NCBI GenBank assembly: GCA_027317865.1
Contig: DAHVQG010000007.1
Span: forward strand, 1-64,000
Direction of reading: 5' to 3'
Source: Bdellovibrionales bacterium
GTDB taxonomy: Bacteria; Bdellovibrionota; Bdellovibrionia; Bdellovibrionales; UBA1609
DNA length: 64,000 nucleotides
A model generated the notes under the pieces. That model saw nothing but the letters and a program-made list of their open reading frames with translations. It made no database searches and was not told the origin of the DNA. This document shows positions 58,355 through 64,000 of the stretch, in pieces; position 1 is the first letter of the stretch, and each line of letters starts with the position of its first letter. The position numbers and the translations under genes were made by a program.

Positions 58355-60586
58355 ATGAAGACGGGTGAGAAGGATCAAAACGGTAGAGGTCGGTACAACA
58401 AGAGCCAGCACAATTCGCTTCTAAGAGGACTGGCGTACGCAGCAATCGTCGTTAGTTCAACTGCGGGTATAAGCGCAAATGTTCAAGCTGGAACAGTCTT
58501 AAAATTGCGCGCTGGCCAGTACAACATGAACCAACTGGCGATTAACCCGTATGTCACGACGCTCATGTCTGTAAAAAACGAAAAACCTCTGCATTACATC
58601 TTGCAATTTAAGCGGCCGTTGACGGTCGAAGAAAAATCGCAAATAACTGCGCGCGGAATTCAATTTCTCCGTTATATACCCGAAGACGCCTACATAGTGC
58701 GGGCGAAAAACTCAACCCTCGCGAATCTCCAACAGGCCAATTCTATTGTGCAAGGTTACACATATTACCAAGCAGCTTTTAAACTGAGTCCGCAACTTGA
58801 AAAATACGCGGCTCAAGATGCCAGTCGACCGGCGCTTGTCAATGTGTACACGCTTGATTCACAAAACAAGGTTGAAACTAAACTGAAAGCATTGGGCGCA
58901 AAAGTTGTTCAAAGCGGCCCGGGGGTCGTAACGGTTAAAGTAACCGGCTCACAGGTTGGCAATTTGGCAAAGATCGACAGCGTCGAATGGGTTGAAAAGG
59001 CACCAAAAATCGGCCTATTGGACTTTGCTCCTGACGGGACCACGCTTCCACCGTCAACTGAAGGCCACCTTTCGCAACTGACCGGATATGAAACGGGCAC
59101 GAAAGTTATGAACTTTGATGCCGCTTGGAATGCGGGGCTCAAGGGGCAGGGGCAATTAGTGACTGTTGGTGATACGGGCCTTGATACAGGTAACCTTGCC
59201 ACATTATCTCCTGATTTTAGCTCAGTTCTGTATAACGCCATTATTTTTGGAATTGGTTCCAGTACCTGGGGCGATCCGATGGGGCACGGCACACACGTGT
59301 CCGGATCGATTGTTGGCCAAGGCGTTTTATCAAACGGCCTTGTTCACGGTGGCGCGCCCGGAGCGCAACTTCTAATGGAAAGTTTGTGGTCGCAACAATA
59401 TAAAACGCTCACAACCCCAGATAATTTAGCGACGTTGTTCCAAGATGCATACAATGACGGTTCGCGCGTGCATTCAGATTCATGGGGATCGGTCAACGTG
59501 CCCAGCGGAGTTTATGACGCGCAGGCGGCAACATTTGACCAATTCATTTGGCAACATCCAAGTATGGTGATTTTAGTCGCTGCTGGTAACGACGGTGTCG
59601 ACGCCAATGGCAACGGCCGTGTCGATGCCGATTCGGTGAAATCACCTGGTACGGCCAAAAATATCATTTCGGTTGGCGCATCAAAAAATTATGACCCGAA
59701 TGAAGGGTTACAGATGCAGGTTGGCGATGCGTGTTTTGTAAATCCAAAAACGGGCAAGTGCTTTGTTGATCCGAAAACGGGCCAAGTCATTCACCAATGG
59801 CCTGTTGGTCCGTTAGCGAGCTCATACTTTTCGGACAATCCGGATGGATTGGCGCCGTTCTCGTCGCGCGGCCCGACTGCAGACGGACGCATAAAGCCTG
59901 ATATTGTTGCGCCAGGTACCAACATTCTTTCAGATTGCTCCCAATACCCTGGAGCGAGCACCTTGTGGGGCCGGTTCAACCAGAACTACTGCTGGTCAGG
60001 TGGCACATCCATGGCTACCCCATTAACTGCAGCAGCAGTGGTTTTGATTCGCCAGTATCTTCAACAGTCGGGAGCGCCATCTCCATCAGCCGCTCTTGTA
60101 AAAGCTATTCTTTTGCATACCGCCTACGATATGTACCCAGGCGAATTTGGTGCGATCGGAGCTAAAAATGGACAAGAAATCCTGACTCCAGCACCTAATG
60201 GCGATGAAGGCTTCGGCCGCGTTGATTTGGCCAATGTCATTAATGAGAACATTGAGTTTGTTGATGAAAAAACGGGTGTCGGAACAGGTCAAGTGATGCG
60301 TTACAGTGCGCCGGCAACAACTCGTAAGGTGACGTTGGTTTACACGGATTATCCTGGTTCGCCGACGGCCGCAACGGCGTTGGTTAACCACCTCGGTCTT
60401 GAAGTTGTGGTGGGCAATCAGGTTTTTCGCACCCACGATAAAGTTGATAACGCTAAGCAGATTGTCATACCTGAGTCAGTTGTTGCATCAGCGCATGGGG
60501 ATGATGAAATTGTCGTGACGGGCACGAACGTTCCGATGGGCAACAGTTACGGCAAGCAGCCTTTTGCACTAGTGTTTTCAAATTAG
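58355..60586 (+). CDS. secreted S8 serine protease (KP-43-like) with propeptide
   Basis: GDTG, HGTHV, SWG, AAGNDG, TAKNIISVGA, FSSRGPT.DGRIKPD, GTSMATP. Confidence 0.92.
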   Translation: MKTGEKDQNGRGRYNKSQHNSLLRGLAYAAIVVSSTAGISANVQAGTVLKLRAGQYNMNQLAINPYVTTLMSVKNEKPLHYILQFKRPLTVEEKSQITARGIQFLRYIPEDAYIVRAKNSTLANLQQANSIVQGYTYYQAAFKLSPQLEKYAAQDASRPALVNVYTLDSQNKVETKLKALGAKVVQSGPGVVTVKVTGSQVGNLAKIDSVEWVEKAPKIGLLDFAPDGTTLPPSTEGHLSQLTGYETGTKVMNFDAAWNAGLKGQGQLVTVGDTGLDTGNLATLSPDFSSVLYNAIIFGIGSSTWGDPMGHGTHVSGSIVGQGVLSNGLVHGGAPGAQLLMESLWSQQYKTLTTPDNLATLFQDAYNDGSRVHSDSWGSVNVPSGVYDAQAATFDQFIWQHPSMVILVAAGNDGVDANGNGRVDADSVKSPGTAKNIISVGASKNYDPNEGLQMQVGDACFVNPKTGKCFVDPKTGQVIHQWPVGPLASSYFSDNPDGLAPFSSRGPTADGRIKPDIVAPGTNILSDCSQYPGASTLWGRFNQNYCWSGGTSMATPLTAAAVVLIRQYLQQSGAPSPSAALVKAILLHTAYDMYPGEFGAIGAKNGQEILTPAPNGDEGFGRVDLANVINENIEFVDEKTGVGTGQVMRYSAPATTRKVTLVYTDYPGSPTAATALVNHLGLEVVVGNQVFRTHDKVDNAKQIVIPESVVASAHGDDEIVVTGTNVPMGNSYGKQPFALVFSN

Positions 60587-60725
60587 GCTGTGTTGGAAAT
60601 TTTTTACTATCGAAATGTGTGAAAACAGCGAAAATATTTCAGGCGAGCGACAAATCGTGTCGCCTGAAATTGATAAGTCGTGTCAAAAATGGTAAATAAG
60701 CTCCAACAGTTACTAGGAAGGGTGA

Positions 60726-61217
60726 ATGGCTCAATTCAATATCGGGGACAATGCCGTATATGCGGGGAGCGGTGTCGGCCGAATTATAGCGATCGAAACG
60801 AAGGAGCTTTGTGGAATTAAGCAAACCTTCTATCGCTTTCAGCTTTTCAATAGCAATGTGTCGGCCCTGGTGCCCGTAAACAGCTCAGAATCGAAATTGC
60901 GCCCGATTATTTCAAAAGATGAGGCGAACCGGGTTGTTTCGATTGTCCGCCGCAAAGACATAAAAATAGACAAACAAACTTGGAATCGTCGGTATCGCGA
61001 GTACATGGAGAAAATTAAAACGGGCTCGGTGTACGAAATTGCCGAAGTCTTCCGCGACCTATATCTATTGCGAGGCGAAAAAGAATTAAGCCATGGCGAA
61101 AAAAAGATGCTTGAGCTGGCGCGTGGCTACTTGTTTCGCGAACTTCAGTTGTCTATTGGTGAAGCGAATATGAAAACTGAAGAGGATATGGTCCGCTACA
61201 TTGAATCCGCCGAATAA
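60726..61217 (+). CDS. carD: CarD/CdnL family transcription regulator
   Basis: FNIGD.AVY..GVG.I, WNRRYREYMEKIKTG, LSHGEKKML. Confidence 0.9.
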   Translation: MAQFNIGDNAVYAGSGVGRIIAIETKELCGIKQTFYRFQLFNSNVSALVPVNSSESKLRPIISKDEANRVVSIVRRKDIKIDKQTWNRRYREYMEKIKTGSVYEIAEVFRDLYLLRGEKELSHGEKKMLELARGYLFRELQLSIGEANMKTEEDMVRYIESAE

Positions 61218-62724
61218 ATCTCAATTAAAAATTCGAACAAGGTTTGCGCCGAGTCCGACCGGTTATTTACATGTTGGGGGCGCGCGAACGGCGCTTTATT
61301 GTTATCTATTTGCCCGCCAGAATGCCGGCGAATTCGTATTACGAGTTGAAGATACCGATGAACAGCGCTCGACCGAAGATTCGATGCGCCAACAGCTTTC
61401 AGATTTGAAATGGCTGGGATACGCCTATCAAGAAGGCGTTGATGCCGACACGCTTAATGATCGTGGCCCGTACGGACCGTACAGGCAAAGTCAAAGGCTC
61501 GCGATTTATCGCGAGTACGCCGATCGGCTTCTCAAAGAAGGCAAAGCGTATTATTGCTTTTTAAGTGACGAAGAAATTGCCGAGCAGCGTGCGCAAGCTG
61601 AGCGCGCTGGTCGCCCACATCAAGTGGTAAGCCCATATCGAAATTGGTCTCTTAAAGATGCTGAAAAGAAAATTGCGGATGGGGGCGTATCACCTACAGT
61701 AAGGTTTCGTGTTTCGGATCTCAATCGCGAGTACAAATTTCGCGATTTAGTGCGGGGTGATGTCACATTCCCGTCGGATATGGTAGGCGATTTTGTCCTT
61801 TTGCGTTCGGGCGGTATGCCAGTTTACAATTTTTGCTGTGTTATCGACGACGCCTTGATGAAGATCTCACATGTTTTACGAGCTGAAGAACATCTTTCAA
61901 ATACGCTGCGGCAACTTATGTTGTACGAGGCGCTTGATTTTGAACCACCGCAGTTCGGTCATCTCTCCATTATTTTAGGACCCGATCGGCAAAAGCTTTC
62001 AAAGCGCCACGGTGCCACGAGCGTTCATGAATACCGTGAGCGGGGCTATTTGCCTGAGGCGCTCAGCAATTTCATTGCACTTCTTGGCTGGAGCTCGCCA
62101 AAAGGGCAAGAAATTCTATCGATGTCCGAGCTAATCGAACAATTTTCACTTGATCGATTGCATCCCGCGGCCGCCGTTTTCGATGAAGCTAAGCTCAAAT
62201 GGGTGAATGCCCAACATTTGCGGGCGCTGCCGCACAGTGAATTGTGGAATTTAATTGAACCGTTTCTCACTAGGGCCGGGCTGCAAATGCCTGAGGATGC
62301 AAATTGGCGCGAACGTTCACTTCAGCTATTTAAAACATCGATGGAAGTCTTGTCAGATGCCGTTGAACTCTACCGGCCTCTGTCGATAAGTGGGGCAAAT
62401 GGCGGATTCACAGTTCACGATGAAGCGCGCGAAACGCTCAGCTGGCCATCGACCGTCAAGGTTGTCGAGGAGTGGCGTAAACAACTTGAAACAGCTGCGT
62501 CGAAAAGTACAAGCGCCTATTTATCAGAAGAGGAATTTGCGACAATTCAAAATAATGTGAAATCAAATTGTGCCGTTAAGGGCAAAGAACTTTTTATGCC
62601 CATTCGTGTGGCGGTTCTAGGTAAGCCCCACGGAGCCGAGTTGAAAATTTTGGTACCGCTCATTGAGAAATCGATTTTAATAGAGCGTGCGAAAATCGTG
62701 CTCGATCATATTCTTCGCGGTTAA
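61201..62724 (+). CDS. gltX: glutamate--tRNA ligase
   Basis: RFAPSPTG.LHVGG, LRVEDTD, YRQS.R, KLSKR. Confidence 0.96.
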   Translation: MNPPNKSQLKIRTRFAPSPTGYLHVGGARTALYCYLFARQNAGEFVLRVEDTDEQRSTEDSMRQQLSDLKWLGYAYQEGVDADTLNDRGPYGPYRQSQRLAIYREYADRLLKEGKAYYCFLSDEEIAEQRAQAERAGRPHQVVSPYRNWSLKDAEKKIADGGVSPTVRFRVSDLNREYKFRDLVRGDVTFPSDMVGDFVLLRSGGMPVYNFCCVIDDALMKISHVLRAEEHLSNTLRQLMLYEALDFEPPQFGHLSIILGPDRQKLSKRHGATSVHEYRERGYLPEALSNFIALLGWSSPKGQEILSMSELIEQFSLDRLHPAAAVFDEAKLKWVNAQHLRALPHSELWNLIEPFLTRAGLQMPEDANWRERSLQLFKTSMEVLSDAVELYRPLSISGANGGFTVHDEARETLSWPSTVKVVEEWRKQLETAASKSTSAYLSEEEFATIQNNVKSNCAVKGKELFMPIRVAVLGKPHGAELKILVPLIEKSILIERAKIVLDHILRG

Positions 62725-62754
62725 GGCGTTTAAAATGGGCGCGAGGAATTGAAA

Positions 62755-64000
62755 ATGAGCTTACAAATCTACAACACAATGACGCGAAAAAAAGAAGTGT
62801 TTACGCCACTTGAGCCGGGCCACGTGAAAATGTACGTGTGCGGGCCGACTGTTTATGATTTTTTGCATATCGGGAATTTTTTTGGCGCAATCTTTTTTAA
62901 TCTTGTACGTAATTGGCTTGAACGGTCCGGGTATAAGGTCGATTTTGTTTATAATTACACGGATGTTGATGACAAGATCATCAATCGCGCACGTAAGGAC
63001 GGGCGGCCGGCCAGCGAAATTGCAGAAACTTATATTACTGAATTTGAAAAAGATTATCGAGCATTGGGGTTAAAAAAGCACACGCACAACCCGCGTGTCA
63101 CCCAGTACATCCCGCAAATAATCGCTTTTATTGAAGATCTCATTCGACGGGGCAAAGCATACGCGGTGGATGGCGATGTATACTTTGCGGTTACGAGTTT
63201 TGACGGATACGGTAAGCTTTCAAATAAAAAATTGGATGAACTGATGACCGGCGTGCGTGTCGATATTAACGAGCACAAGCATCATGCGGCCGATTTTGCA
63301 CTTTGGAAGTCCGCAAAACCAGGTGAGCCGGCGTGGCCCTCGCCGTGGGGAGCGGGACGCCCGGGCTGGCATATTGAGTGTTCGTGTATGGCATCGGCTC
63401 TTTTGGGTGAAACGATTGACATTCACGGCGGCGGGTTGGATCTCATTTTTCCGCACCACGAGAATGAAATTGCACAAAGCGAAGGGCGTACCGGCCATAC
63501 CTTTGCGCGCTACTGGATGCACAACAATATGCTCGTGTTTTCAAATCAAAAAATGTCGAAATCTCTGGGTAATGTGCGAACCGGCCGATCGTTTATGGAG
63601 GAGTATAATCCTGAAATTTTAAAATTCATGATTCTATCATCTCATTATCGCAGTCACGTCGATTTTTCGCCATCGCAAATCGAAAATGCCATCTCGGGTC
63701 TTGCGCGATTTTATTCAAGTCTTGCCTTGGCCGATAAACTGAGACAATCAAAATTGCCGCTTGTGCCACTGCCGCATAAATTTGAACAGGCGATAGCTAA
63801 TGCTGATCAAAAAGTGACCGAAGCGCTCAATGACGATTTTAACACTCCGGAGGCAATGGCGGCATTTTACGAACTGATGCATATTTTCAATTCGTTGTGC
63901 CGAACGCCGGGTAAAGTAAAACCGGAGCAAGTGGCGGTCGCTGAGGTTTATTATTCGTGGCTACGCAAACAAGGCGAGTTGATGGCGCTTTTTCAAGAAG
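62755..64000 (+). CDS. cysS: cysteine--tRNA ligase (runs off window end; absent from ORF track)
   Basis: read from DNA: MSLQIYNT..MYVCGPTVY..HIGN..DFALWK..GRPGWHIEC..DIHGGG.DL.FPHHENE..KMSKSLGN. Confidence 0.96.
   Translation, partial: MSLQIYNTMTRKKEVFTPLEPGHVKMYVCGPTVYDFLHIGNFFGAIFFNLVRNWLERSGYKVDFVYNYTDVDDKIINRARKDGRPASEIAETYITEFEKDYRALGLKKHTHNPRVTQYIPQIIAFIEDLIRRGKAYAVDGDVYFAVTSFDGYGKLSNKKLDELMTGVRVDINEHKHHAADFALWKSAKPGEPAWPSPWGAGRPGWHIECSCMASALLGETIDIHGGGLDLIFPHHENEIAQSEGRTGHTFARYWMHNNMLVFSNQKMSKSLGNVRTGRSFMEEYNPEILKFMILSSHYRSHVDFSPSQIENAISGLARFYSSLALADKLRQSKLPLVPLPHKFEQAIANADQKVTEALNDDFNTPEAMAAFYELMHIFNSLCRTPGKVKPEQVAVAEVYYSWLRKQGELMALFQE

Noticed and set aside
62855-63930. Short ORFs listed at the window end
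   Set aside because: Off-frame shadows of cysS, which runs from 62755 past the window edge.

Overview
Bacterial chromosomal window, most likely from a Bdellovibrionota (Bdellovibrio-like) genome. This is inferred from F(Q/N)NC-type lipoproteins, two TIGR02147-like regulators, many orphan secreted proteins and the queA-tgt-yajC-secD-secF-recJ and carD-gltX-cysS gene order. The left ~35 kb is an accessory, secretome-rich region around tRNA-Arg(CCG) and tRNA-Leu(GAG). It holds surface lipoproteins (GLUG, SBBP propeller, beta-helix, Ig), a DUF2844/DUF3443 pair, an S1/P1 nuclease, a subtilase and a diguanylate cyclase. The right ~29 kb is mostly housekeeping. No integrase, transposase, CRISPR array or rRNA was seen. 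Best leads: (1) two TIGR02147-like regulators, each paired with a secreted protein carrying a Gly-rich N-terminal motif and an HE motif; (2) an apparently circularly permuted beta-helix lipoprotein; (3) a secreted effector-like protein with Tudor/SH3-like repeats and an HPD-to-HTD J-like domain; (4) sigma28-like promoters 6-8 nt upstream of start codons, suggesting leaderless transcripts; (5) two unrelated lipoproteins sharing a CGKVWV leader; (6) an RxxN HD-GYP, a candidate cGAMP phosphodiesterase; (7) queC coupled to DUF366. All family assignments come from motif recognition by eye; no searches were run.
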